Assembly: GCA_015256915.3 (NCBI GenBank) | Contig: CP076101.2 | Location: 390,001 to 422,000, forward strand | Direction: 5' to 3' | Source of the DNA: Candidatus Saccharimonas sp. | GTDB taxonomy: Bacteria > Patescibacteriota > Saccharimonadia > Saccharimonadales > Saccharimonadaceae | DNA length: 32,000 nt | In this document: piece by piece, positions 1 to 7,506 of the stretch | Layout of the letters: each line of letters opens with the position of its first letter | Numbering within the stretch: position 1 is the first letter of the stretch | Translations under genes and position numbers: made by a program | Notes under the pieces: model-generated | Told to the model about the DNA's origin: nothing | Database searches by the model: none | The model's input: the letters and a program-made list of their open reading frames with translations, nothing else

Positions 1-1002
1 CTGCCCAGCGCGACCAATTGCAACACTTTGTTGATCTTCACTCACAAGCACAGTTGCTCGTTTGCGTTCGTTTTCACCAGTTTCTTTAATTTGAACTTCA
101 ACAACTTCTGCAGGACTTAACGCCTCACGGATAAATTCGCTTGGGTTTTCGCTCCAAGTTACAATATCAATTTTTTCACGTTCACCAATTTCATTCATAA
201 CAGATTGAACTCGCACACCACGACTACCAACAAAAGTTCCAACTGGATCAACACCGTTCATAATTGAACGAACCGCCATCTTAGTTCGGCGACCAGCCTC
301 ACGAGCAATAGCCACAATTTCAACCATTCCAGTTTCTAGTTCTGGCACTTCTTGTTCGAAAAGAATTTCAACGAATTTAGCATCTGCACGTGAAAGAATC
401 AACTCCGGTGCACGACCTTCACGTTCAATTTCTTTAATAAGAACTTTAATCCGCTGGCCAACACTAAAATATTCACCATTAATTTGTTCGCGGAGTGGCA
501 TAACTCCATTTGCTTTTCCTAAATCAATTCTCACAAATCGTTGGTCAATTTTCGAAACCGAACCACTTACGATAGTACCAACTTTATCTTCGAATTCTTC
601 AAGAATAATCTCACGTTCAGCTTCACGGAGTCGTTGCAAAACAACTTGCTTAGCAGTTTGGGCGGCCACACGACCAAAAGTTTCAACTGGGAATTTCTCT
701 TCAACAATTTCGCCAATTTCAGCATTTGCATCAAGTTTTTTTGCATCTTCAAGAGAAATCTCGTTATTAATATTATAAGCTTCTTCGCCGTCAACAACTT
801 CATATTGAACAAAAACTTCAGCATCACCAGTTTGAGTATTTAGCTCTGCTCGAACATTTTGGTCACGATTTCCGTTCTCGCGTCGCCAAGCAGCCGCAAT
901 CGCCATTTCAATAACTTCTAAAACTTTTTCTTCTGGTAAATTTTTTTCAGCTGCAATTGTTTTTGCCGCCAACATCATTTGTTTAATATTTAAATCTTCC
1001 AT
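1..1002 (-). CDS. nusA: Transcription termination/antitermination factor NusA, first ~334 codons (gene runs off the left edge of the window)
   Basis: Absent from the supplied ORF track because it is open at the window edge. My minus-strand translation from ATG 1002..1000 reads MEDLNIKQMMLAAKTIAAEKNLPEEKVLEV...GRVAAQTAKQVVLQRLREAERE...PELILSRADAKFVEILFEQEVPE...VDPVGTFVGSRGVRVQSVMNEIGEREKIDIV. These are the NusA N-terminal, S1 and KH hallmarks. There is no in-frame stop down to position 1. Confidence 0.85.
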   Translation of the reverse strand, partial: MEDLNIKQMMLAAKTIAAEKNLPEEKVLEVIEMAIAAAWRRENGNRDQNVRAELNTQTGDAEVFVQYEVVDGEEAYNINNEISLEDAKKLDANAEIGEIVEEKFPVETFGRVAAQTAKQVVLQRLREAEREIILEEFEDKVGTIVSGSVSKIDQRFVRIDLGKANGVMPLREQINGEYFSVGQRIKVLIKEIEREGRAPELILSRADAKFVEILFEQEVPELETGMVEIVAIAREAGRRTKMAVRSIMNGVDPVGTFVGSRGVRVQSVMNEIGEREKIDIVTWSENPSEFIREALSPAEVVEVQIKETGENERKRATVLVSEDQQSVAIGRAGQ

Positions 1003-1030
1003 TTTATCCTTTCGAAATAATTTCTTATGA

Positions 1031-1053
1031 AAAATGCCGACCTGGTGGCCGAC
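1031..1053 (-). terminator. Strand-specific hairpin plus U-run between recG stop and nusA start (recG terminator and/or nusA leader attenuator)
   Basis: The minus-strand RNA is GUCGGCC-ACCA-GGUCGGC (1053..1036, 7 bp including two G.U pairs) followed by AUUUUU (1035..1031). On the plus strand the wobble pairs become C.A mismatches. Confidence 0.4.
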
Positions 1054-1062
1054 TACCTTTCA

Positions 1063-1091
1063 ATTTTAGCACAATTTATTTTTTTCGTCAA
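1063..1091 (-). promoter_or_regulatory. Putative sigma70-type promoter for nusA
   Basis: TTGACG (1091..1086) - 17 nt - TAAAAT (1068..1063), preceded by TGC (extended -10). An AAAGGA SD lies 4 nt before the nusA ATG. Confidence 0.4.
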
Positions 1092-1095
1092 GCTT

Positions 1096-3147
1096 CTAAT
1101 TTAATAAAGTTAATCTTTGGTATTTTTCAAGTGATTTTGGCTTTTCTCTCAAATATTCTTGCCAATATTTTTGATTTTCGAACAAAAAATCCACCGCAGA
1201 TTGTGCTCGCGAAATCATTTTTGTGTCACCGATACTTGCGAATTCCAGATTAATTTCTCCACTTTGTGCCTTGCCGTAAATTTCACCAGCACCACGAAGT
1301 TCTAAATCCTTTTCCGCCAAAATAAATCCATCATTGGTTTTCGAAATTTCTTGGAGCCTCTGTGGCGGTTTTGCATTTGAGCTCATTACAAGATAACAAA
1401 AAGCATCACCACCACCACGACCAACTCGCCCACGAAGCTGATGAAGCTGTGCTAAACCAAAACGATCCGCGTTCTCAATAACAATTACACTCGCATTCGG
1501 AACGTTAATTCCAACTTCAATAACGGTAGTTGAAAGCAGAATATCAGCTTTTTTTGCCAAAAAATCTGCCATTATTTGCTCTTTTTCTTCCGACTTCTTT
1601 TTACCATGAAGCTGTAAAATTCTAAATTCCTTAAAATCACGCTTTAATCGTTTAAATTCTGCCTCAACACTTTTAATTTCCTCGTTTTTTCCTTCTTGAA
1701 TTGCCGGAACAATTACAAAAACTTGCCGTCCATTCGAAATTTCATCTCTAATCCTTGCATTCATCGGCGCACGAGAAGCTGGTGAGATGATTTCAGTTTG
1801 AACTGGCTTTCTCCCTTCAGGCTTTTCTTTCAATATTGAAATACTCAAATCACCAAAAAGTGTTAATTGTAACGATCTTGGAATTGGCGTAGCAGTCATT
1901 GCAAGTAGATGTGGCATTTTTTGGTGAGATTTTTCAAGAATTTTTTGCCTTTGAGCAACACCAAAACGGTGCTGTTCATCAATAATCACCAAACCGAGAT
2001 TCAAAAAATCCACTTTTTCTTGAATGATCGCACTCGTACCGACTAAAATATCAAGATTACCATTTTTTAGATTTTCGAAAAGTGTTTTACGAGCCTTTCC
2101 TTTTACCTTTCCTGAAAGAAAGCCAATCGAAATACCACACCAAGCCAAAGTTTTTGAAAAATTTTCAGCTAATTGCTGTGCAAGAATTTCAGTTGGCGCA
2201 AAAACTGCCACTTGATAACCATTTTTTACCGCATTTAATGCCGCAATTGCCGCCACGGTTGTCTTTCCGGAACCAACATCGCCTTGCAAAAGCCGGTTCA
2301 TCGGAAAATCCTGACTCATATTTTGCATAATCTCCCAAGAAGAAAGCCTTTGCGATTGCGTCAAATCAAAAGGTAGCTTTCCAACAAATTGCTTCACATC
2401 TTGGATTTTTGGCTTGATATTGTATCCACGAAGTTGCTCATTTTCAATTTTATTTAATTTTGCAGCCAAAATTAGCTCAAAAATTTCATCAAAAGCAAGC
2501 CGTTCAAGTGCTAGATTAAATTCTTCTGCCGAACCAGGAAAATGCACCCATTCAATTGCTTGTGCGCGTGAAATTAGTTCTTCTTTTCGAACAATAATTT
2601 CAGGCAAAGTTTCAGGCAGAATCTTCATCATTGGTTTTAATTCTGTTAAAATTTTTCGAATTGTTTCAGTTTTTAAACCTTTTTTTTGCGGGTAAATCGG
2701 TACAATTTCTCCACCTTTACCTGAAAAATTTTGATTTTTTGGCAATTCTTCGCGCTTCATTAAACTTGGATTCGTAATTTGATAGCGATTATAGTTAAAA
2801 TCATACTTTCCTGAAAAGAAAAATTCTTCTTCATCTTGAAGCTGTTTTACGCGGTATGGCTGATTAAACCAAATTGCTTTAATTTTATCTTTCCCGTCAG
2901 TTAAAATTGCCTCGGTTATTGTCATTCCACGCCGAACTCGACGCATCGAAACTTTTTCGGCATGAGCTTTAAAAAGAACCTTCCCTGGTTTAATCTCACT
3001 TAAACTAGTTAAACTTGCAAAATCCTCATATTTTCGTGGAAAAAACTCCAAAATATCACCAACAGTTCGCAAATTAACACTTTCGAGTTTCTCGAGAGTT
3101 TTTTCACCAACACCCTTTACCAAACCTAACGAAGAATTTAAATTCAT
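1096..3147 (-). CDS. recG: ATP-dependent DNA helicase RecG
   Basis: 683-aa ORF with ATG start. Motifs: Walker A GDVGSGKT, DEQH box (IIDEQHRFG), TATPIPRS, QLRGRVGRG motif VI, and an N-terminal wedge/OB-like region. Confidence 0.95.
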   Translation of the reverse strand: MNLNSSLGLVKGVGEKTLEKLESVNLRTVGDILEFFPRKYEDFASLTSLSEIKPGKVLFKAHAEKVSMRRVRRGMTITEAILTDGKDKIKAIWFNQPYRVKQLQDEEEFFFSGKYDFNYNRYQITNPSLMKREELPKNQNFSGKGGEIVPIYPQKKGLKTETIRKILTELKPMMKILPETLPEIIVRKEELISRAQAIEWVHFPGSAEEFNLALERLAFDEIFELILAAKLNKIENEQLRGYNIKPKIQDVKQFVGKLPFDLTQSQRLSSWEIMQNMSQDFPMNRLLQGDVGSGKTTVAAIAALNAVKNGYQVAVFAPTEILAQQLAENFSKTLAWCGISIGFLSGKVKGKARKTLFENLKNGNLDILVGTSAIIQEKVDFLNLGLVIIDEQHRFGVAQRQKILEKSHQKMPHLLAMTATPIPRSLQLTLFGDLSISILKEKPEGRKPVQTEIISPASRAPMNARIRDEISNGRQVFVIVPAIQEGKNEEIKSVEAEFKRLKRDFKEFRILQLHGKKKSEEKEQIMADFLAKKADILLSTTVIEVGINVPNASVIVIENADRFGLAQLHQLRGRVGRGGGDAFCYLVMSSNAKPPQRLQEISKTNDGFILAEKDLELRGAGEIYGKAQSGEINLEFASIGDTKMISRAQSAVDFLFENQKYWQEYLREKPKSLEKYQRLTLLN

Positions 3148-3153
3148 TACTAA

Positions 3154-3182
3154 ATTTTAACATCTTTTGGAGTTTTTTTCAA
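3154..3182 (-). promoter_or_regulatory. Putative recG promoter, leaderless configuration
   Basis: TTGAAA (3182..3177) - 17 nt - TAAAAT (3159..3154), then only 6 nt (TTAGTA) before ATG 3147. No SD is present. Confidence 0.5.
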
Positions 3183-3270
3183 TTTTCGAAAAACATCTAA
3201 TTATTTGCTCCTGTTTTTAGGTGGTTTTATTTATATAATAGTTGCACCAGATAAAATTAGTTAATAATAA

Positions 3271-3295
3271 AAAATCGCCCGTTTTGAGCGATTTT
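3271..3295 (-). terminator. Rho-independent terminator downstream of rnj
   Basis: AAAATCGC (3271-3278) pairs with GCGATTTT (3288-3295) around a 9-nt loop. A T-run follows on the minus strand (rc of 3262-3275). Confidence 0.6.
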
Positions 3296-3304
3296 CGAAA
3301 CAGA

Positions 3305-5380
3305 TTAAACTTTATTTACTACTGGAATAACAATTGGCGTATGACCAGTCGAATCAAACAATAGGTGCGAAATATCATCTTTGATTTCTTGTTTCATGTC
3401 AGCAATTTCAACTTTTCGTTCAACTTCGCGGTCGATTTTAATCCGCAAATAATGACGAATTTTACCAATCAATTCTTCGCTATCTTTTAGATAAACAAAT
3501 CCACGCGAAATCACATCCGGCGTTTTAAGAAGTCTGCCAGTTTTCTTGCTAATTGTTAGCACGATAATGAAAATACCTTCAGTTGAAATATGCAATCGGT
3601 CTTTCACAACAGCATCATGAACCGTATTTCCAGTGTTATCATAAAGAATTGAACCAACATGAACACGACCACCTTTTTTAATTTTCTTTTCTTTTGTAAG
3701 CTCAATGATATCACCACTGTCAGCAACAAGAATTTCTTCTCGTTTTAATCCAAGAACTTTCTGCGCCATTTCAGCATTATGTTGGAGCATATAAAATTCA
3801 CCATGAACTGGGAGGTAATTTCTTGGGCGAATAGTTTCCACCAATCGAACGTGGTCATCGTAGTAAGCATGCCCTGAAAGATGGAGTGGACCAATGCCGT
3901 GATAATGACCGCGACCGTGCTGAATTACGCCGGCACCTTCCCGCAAGAGCCCATCAACGGTCGAAGCTACACGAGGCTCATTTCCTGGAATCGGACTTGA
4001 AGAAAATACCACAACATCTGTTGCTTTAATTTTAACAAATCGGTGAGCGCCAGTTGCCATTCGGTTTAGAACAGCGTTTAATTCACCTTGTGAGCCAGTG
4101 CAGACGATCGTAACTTTCGAATCATCAAGCTTCACGATATCTTCCATTTTTACAATAACATCTTTTGGAACTTTAATTTTTCGTGACCTCAATGCAATTT
4201 CAATCGCATTAATCATTGAAAATCCAGCAAACGCAACCTTGCGGTCGTGCTTTACTGCTTCATCTAAAATTAATTGCAGGCGGTAAATCTGGCTTGAAAA
4301 ACAAGAAAAAATTAATCGTGCATGTGGATACGCCGTCATCACTTCGCCAACACTTTCACCAATAGAATACTCACTGTGTGGGTGTGTTCCTGGTGTATCA
4401 ATATTAGTACTTTCGTTCATCAATAGATCAACACCTTCGGTTTGCGCAATTTCAGCAAGCCGTGGGAGATCGAATTGAGTATCAACCGGATCGTTTTCGA
4501 AACGCCAGTCACCCATATGAACAATATTCCCATTTGGCGTACGAATAACCATTGCCACACAGCCAGGAATCGAGTGTAAAACATGCACAAATTCAAGTGT
4601 CATATATTTCGAAATTCTAATTTGCTCATGTTTGAATGGGTCAACAATTTGATAATTTGGCGAAACTTCGACAACCGCCTCTTCCATCTGGCGTTTAATC
4701 ATTCCAATCGTGAAATCGGTTGCATAAATTGGAATATTATTTCCAAATTCAGGTAAAAGCTGGCGGACAGCACCAATATGATCAAGGTGAGCGTGCGTAA
4801 ATGCAACAGCCTTAACTTTGTGCATGTTATCTTTTAGATAAGTGATATCTGGCGTCATGAAATTTACACCAGGGTAGTCTTCATTCGGAAAAATCGAACC
4901 CATATCAATCACTAAAATTTCATCCATATATTCAATTGCGAACATATTTTTACCAATTCCAAATTCACCCAAGCCACCGAGCGGAATTACTCGCACACTA
5001 TCCTTTTCTGGGCGAAGTTTTTTCAATTTTGAAGCTGTTAGCTGCTCACCATTAAAACCGTTAAAAAGTGATTTATTAACAGGAATATTAACAATATGCT
5101 GAGTTGCGCGCATATTAATATCATTCGAAATCATTCGTTGAGCTCGCACAACCGCACCACGACGCGTTGTTGTTGGTAAATTCACCTTTTTAGTGTCAGA
5201 TTTTTGAACTCGAGTTTGCTTTGAAATATTCTTAGCTTTTTGAGCGATTTTTGCATTCTTCTCATTGCTTTCATTTTTAGTATTTCCAACATATTTATCT
5301 CGATTTTTTTGCAAATCTTGAGCTTTTTTCTGCAAGTTAGCACGCTTTCGAGCCTGCTTCTCATTAAAATTATCAGTCAT
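3305..5380 (-). CDS. rnj: Ribonuclease J (metallo-beta-lactamase/beta-CASP) with a ~135-aa Lys-rich N-terminal extension
   Basis: 691-aa ORF. HxHxDH motif in AFTHAHLDHIGA, and a GGLGEFGKNM start of the beta-lactamase domain at about residue 145. AAGGAG SD 5 nt upstream of ATG 5380. Confidence 0.93.
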   Translation of the reverse strand: MTDNFNEKQARKRANLQKKAQDLQKNRDKYVGNTKNESNEKNAKIAQKAKNISKQTRVQKSDTKKVNLPTTTRRGAVVRAQRMISNDINMRATQHIVNIPVNKSLFNGFNGEQLTASKLKKLRPEKDSVRVIPLGGLGEFGIGKNMFAIEYMDEILVIDMGSIFPNEDYPGVNFMTPDITYLKDNMHKVKAVAFTHAHLDHIGAVRQLLPEFGNNIPIYATDFTIGMIKRQMEEAVVEVSPNYQIVDPFKHEQIRISKYMTLEFVHVLHSIPGCVAMVIRTPNGNIVHMGDWRFENDPVDTQFDLPRLAEIAQTEGVDLLMNESTNIDTPGTHPHSEYSIGESVGEVMTAYPHARLIFSCFSSQIYRLQLILDEAVKHDRKVAFAGFSMINAIEIALRSRKIKVPKDVIVKMEDIVKLDDSKVTIVCTGSQGELNAVLNRMATGAHRFVKIKATDVVVFSSSPIPGNEPRVASTVDGLLREGAGVIQHGRGHYHGIGPLHLSGHAYYDDHVRLVETIRPRNYLPVHGEFYMLQHNAEMAQKVLGLKREEILVADSGDIIELTKEKKIKKGGRVHVGSILYDNTGNTVHDAVVKDRLHISTEGIFIIVLTISKKTGRLLKTPDVISRGFVYLKDSEELIGKIRHYLRIKIDREVERKVEIADMKQEIKDDISHLLFDSTGHTPIVIPVVNKV

Positions 5381-5457
5381 TTTTCTCCTTAAATTAAAGC
5401 GTTCGAAAAGTTATTTTTAGGTCGGATTCTTCGAACAAGTAATATTTTAGTATTCTT

Positions 5458-5486
5458 ATTTTATCAAATTTCAAGTTTAAAGTCAA
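5458..5486 (-). promoter_or_regulatory. Putative rnj promoter with ~70-80 nt leader
   Basis: TTGACT (5486..5481) - 17 nt - TAAAAT (5463..5458). The leader carries two TTCGAA sites (5402, 5429). Confidence 0.5.
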
Positions 5487-5488
5487 AT

Positions 5489-5509
5489 AAAAAAGAGCCC
5501 GTGGGGCCC
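5489..5509 (-). terminator. Short GC hairpin plus U6, terminator of the 264-aa orphan gene
   Basis: Minus-strand RNA GGGCCC-CAC-GGGCUC (5509..5495, 6 bp, 3-nt loop) followed by UUUUUU (5494..5489). Confidence 0.45.
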
Positions 5510-5513
5510 TAAA

Positions 5514-6305
5514 TCATAAGCGTGAAGCACGGTATCTCTCAATTAAGCTGAACTCATAGCCTTTTTTAGTAAGAGCCTTATAAGCTCTTTTTAGATCCTT
5601 CTTCAAATTATTGTCAAGCTTTCTAATTTCAGTTTTCGAGCACAAAATTGAAGAAAGACCGCGATAGATTATCTTATCAAGATGAGAATTACATCCTCTT
5701 ATAAATTGGTCGATAGACCATTTGTAATTGCTACTTATAATAATCACAAAATTTATACCATAGGTATTGTATCTTTCACAGATACTCAACCCCGTGAAAT
5801 ATATATTGTTCATGAGCCTTTCAATTTCAATTTCACTTTCACTTTCGCTTTCACTCTCAATTTCACTCTCAATTTCGCTTTCACTCTCACTAGCTAACCT
5901 ATCAACAATAGGTCTTAAGGAGTGGAGAATTACCACAGATTCCTCAAATCCAAGCTGATCATCTTGCGTGATCAAATTGATAATATTTCCAGCAATAGCA
6001 GATGCCATTTGCTTTGGAGTATTTAGGATGCTTTTGTCAACCGCTTCAGAAAACCGCCTCTTGAAACTTTCCAGAAAATTCAAAACTTTTTCTAATTTTT
6101 CTCGATCTTCATCGTATTCCTCACTATATTCAACATTGCTATGGAATTCTGCCGCAATTGTTAAAATAGTCTCTAACTCTTCAATATCGCAGTCTTTAAT
6201 CGCCGCCAAAGCCATCTTAACATCTGAAACTAATGGGTAAAGATACAATTCGCCCTCACAATAATTTCTACTTTCCTCTTTAAAAAGAACTTCATATAAT
6301 AACAT
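5514..6305 (-). CDS. Hypothetical acidic cytoplasmic protein with an internal (S/I)E dipeptide-repeat linker; no recognisable domain
   Basis: The track ORF 5514..6368 is trimmed to ATG 6305 (MLLYEVLFKEE...), because GGAGGT lies 7 nt upstream and a consensus promoter sits inside the longer ORF. 263 aa. No signal peptide or TM segment after trimming. Confidence 0.6.
   Translation of the reverse strand: MLLYEVLFKEESRNYCEGELYLYPLVSDVKMALAAIKDCDIEELETILTIAAEFHSNVEYSEEYDEDREKLEKVLNFLESFKRRFSEAVDKSILNTPKQMASAIAGNIINLITQDDQLGFEESVVILHSLRPIVDRLASESESEIESEIESESESESEIEIERLMNNIYFTGLSICERYNTYGINFVIIISSNYKWSIDQFIRGCNSHLDKIIYRGLSSILCSKTEIRKLDNNLKKDLKRAYKALTKKGYEFSLIERYRASRL
5822..5893 (-). repeat. Imperfect hexanucleotide-periodic tract encoding ASESESEIESEIESESESESEIEIE
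   Basis: Plus-strand units are TTCACT/TTCGCT/CTCAAT. There is a perfect 12-nt tandem duplication, TCACTCTCAATT x2, at 5851-5874. Confidence 0.8.
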
Positions 6306-6339
6306 TTTTGTTACCTCCAAAAATATATAGAATATAAAT

Positions 6340-6368
6340 ATTATACCTATTTTTACATTTTTTGTCAA
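6340..6368 (-). promoter_or_regulatory. Perfect-consensus sigma70 promoter of the 264-aa orphan gene
   Basis: TTGACA (6368..6363) - 17 nt - TATAAT (6345..6340), followed by a ~30-nt leader with GGAGGT. Confidence 0.6.
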
Positions 6369-6600
6369 TTGTAAATTCCCTACTCAGCAAGCAAAGATAT
6401 ATAAACTATTCTAAAGAAACAAGAAAAATGATAAACAAAGAATAAAAGCAATCCTTCGAGTTTTAGCAAGATAAAGACCTAACCCTTTTATATTGTTAAA
6501 AAGGTAGGTTTTAATAAAATATCTCTTTTTTTGCATAAAAATACGCTTCTAAAGTCCTTTTGTAAACTATGAATTAAAATATGTTATACCAGATTTTCAA

Positions 6601-6630
6601 AAAAAGAAGACCCCGCATAATTAGCAGGGC
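6601..6630 (-). terminator. Rho-independent terminator of the 4-TM orphan gene
   Basis: Minus-strand RNA GCCCUGC-UAAUUAU-GCGGGGU, then CUUCUUUUU. One pair is G.U, which becomes a C.A mismatch on the plus strand. Confidence 0.6.
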
Positions 6631-6672
6631 TTTAGATGAAAAAACTTACAATCTTTGATGAGCGAACTCAAC

Positions 6673-7389
6673 CTATTCTTCAATGACATAATTGCCATTT
6701 AAAGAAAATTCTAATGCATTATCATTGTCAACTCTTGGAGAAACATTATAGCGCATTCTTGCTTTTGTTCTAATGAAACAGCGGATTGCCCAGAGGTAAA
6801 ACTCCATAAGAACCCATAAACCTGCGACAATAATAAGCGATATTTTGTCTGGCTGACTTTCAACTATTAAAAGCATTGTTGCTATGAGCAATAAAGTTAA
6901 AGCAAAAGCTAAATGAGAAAAATAAAATCTAATTGCGAATTTATTTATCTCTTCGAAAGCTCTCTTTTCAAAGCTACAATCTCTTTTCTCCACTTCCGTG
7001 CAGTTCTTATGCGACTCAGCTTTTTTATTATAAACCCACATCCAGTTGGCTATTAGCCTTTTTTTAATGTTGAGAATTCCCTCACCGAAGAAGTATAGCT
7101 TAAAGATCGGGAAATTAGCAACGATCGTTATGGTCGTTAAGCTTGCAAATATTAATACCGATAAAAGATCATAATTCTGACTGATTTTTTCGAATATTAA
7201 TAAAACAATCAAAATCAAAAACCATATAATAAGCGCAATTTTTAGCCACAGATTATCAATAAATACCTTATTGATAATATAGTCCTTTTTTGGAAAATTA
7301 AATTCACGAATTTCCTTCGTGCTTAATTTAATTTCCTCATTTTTGCTAGTATCCAAGTTTTTCATCGTTACGATTTTTGAAATCTTCAT
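6673..7389 (-). CDS. Hypothetical integral membrane protein (two TM hairpins, 4 predicted TM helices); no recognisable family
   Basis: The track ORF 6673..7425 is trimmed to ATG 7389 (MKISKIV...), which has GAGGTGG 6 nt upstream. Hydrophobic stretches: LWLKIALIIWFLILIVLLIF, LLSVLIFASLTTITIVANFPIF, LAFALTLLLIATMLLIV, ISLIIVAGLWVLMEFYLWAI. Confidence 0.6.
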   Translation of the reverse strand: MKISKIVTMKNLDTSKNEEIKLSTKEIREFNFPKKDYIINKVFIDNLWLKIALIIWFLILIVLLIFEKISQNYDLLSVLIFASLTTITIVANFPIFKLYFFGEGILNIKKRLIANWMWVYNKKAESHKNCTEVEKRDCSFEKRAFEEINKFAIRFYFSHLAFALTLLLIATMLLIVESQPDKISLIIVAGLWVLMEFYLWAIRCFIRTKARMRYNVSPRVDNDNALEFSLNGNYVIEE

Positions 7390-7439
7390 AAGATTCCACC
7401 TCATCTTTCTAAAATTTCTTTGCAAAATGCAACTTTCAA

Positions 7440-7468
7440 ATTATACCATATATTCTCTAAAAATGCAA
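7440..7468 (-). promoter_or_regulatory. Putative promoter of the 4-TM orphan gene
   Basis: TTGCAT (7468..7463) - 17 nt - TATAAT (7445..7440), preceded by TGG (extended -10). Confidence 0.5.
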
Positions 7469-7471
7469 ATC

Positions 7472-7500
7472 TTGCAGGCTTTCTAAAAATCTGTTAAACT
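7472..7500 (+). promoter_or_regulatory. Putative promoter of the COG0523 GTPase gene, leaderless configuration
   Basis: TTGCAG (7472-7477) - 17 nt - TAAACT (7495-7500), preceded by TGT. Then 6 nt before ATG 7507, with no SD. The -35 box lies 3 bp from the -35 of the divergent promoter. Confidence 0.45.
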
Positions 7501-7506
7501 GGTTTT

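Noticed and set aside
541-843. Track ORFs 541..843 (+) and 567..827 (-) as genes
   Set aside because: Both lie inside the well-supported nusA reading frame (a different frame or strand), start with non-ATG codons or have low-complexity products, and have no SD. They are spurious shadow ORFs.
5682-5958. Plus-strand ORFs 5682..5897 and 5767..5958 (LSLSLS/FTFTF products)
   Set aside because: They are antisense or alternate-frame readings of the SE-repeat tract, their periodic low-complexity translation is an artefact of the hexanucleotide repeat, and they have no start signals.
6306-6368. 21-codon N-terminal extension of the 284-aa track ORF (and the 12-codon extension at 7390-7425 of the 250-aa ORF)
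   Set aside because: The extensions contain the SD, and for the first gene the whole consensus promoter, of the shorter ORFs. The internal ATGs at 6305 and 7389 have GGAGGT/GAGGTGG at 6-7 nt.
5489-7468. Calling the orphan two-gene region a mobile element
   Set aside because: I could find no flanking direct or inverted repeats, no recombinase and no tRNA target. Only compositional (motif-desert) and contextual evidence exists, so it is reported as a finding rather than as a mobile_element feature.
7426-7506. Zur/Fur-type operator upstream of the COG0523 GTPase
   Set aside because: I found no palindrome resembling TCGTAAT-N-ATTACGA or any other inverted repeat in this interval.
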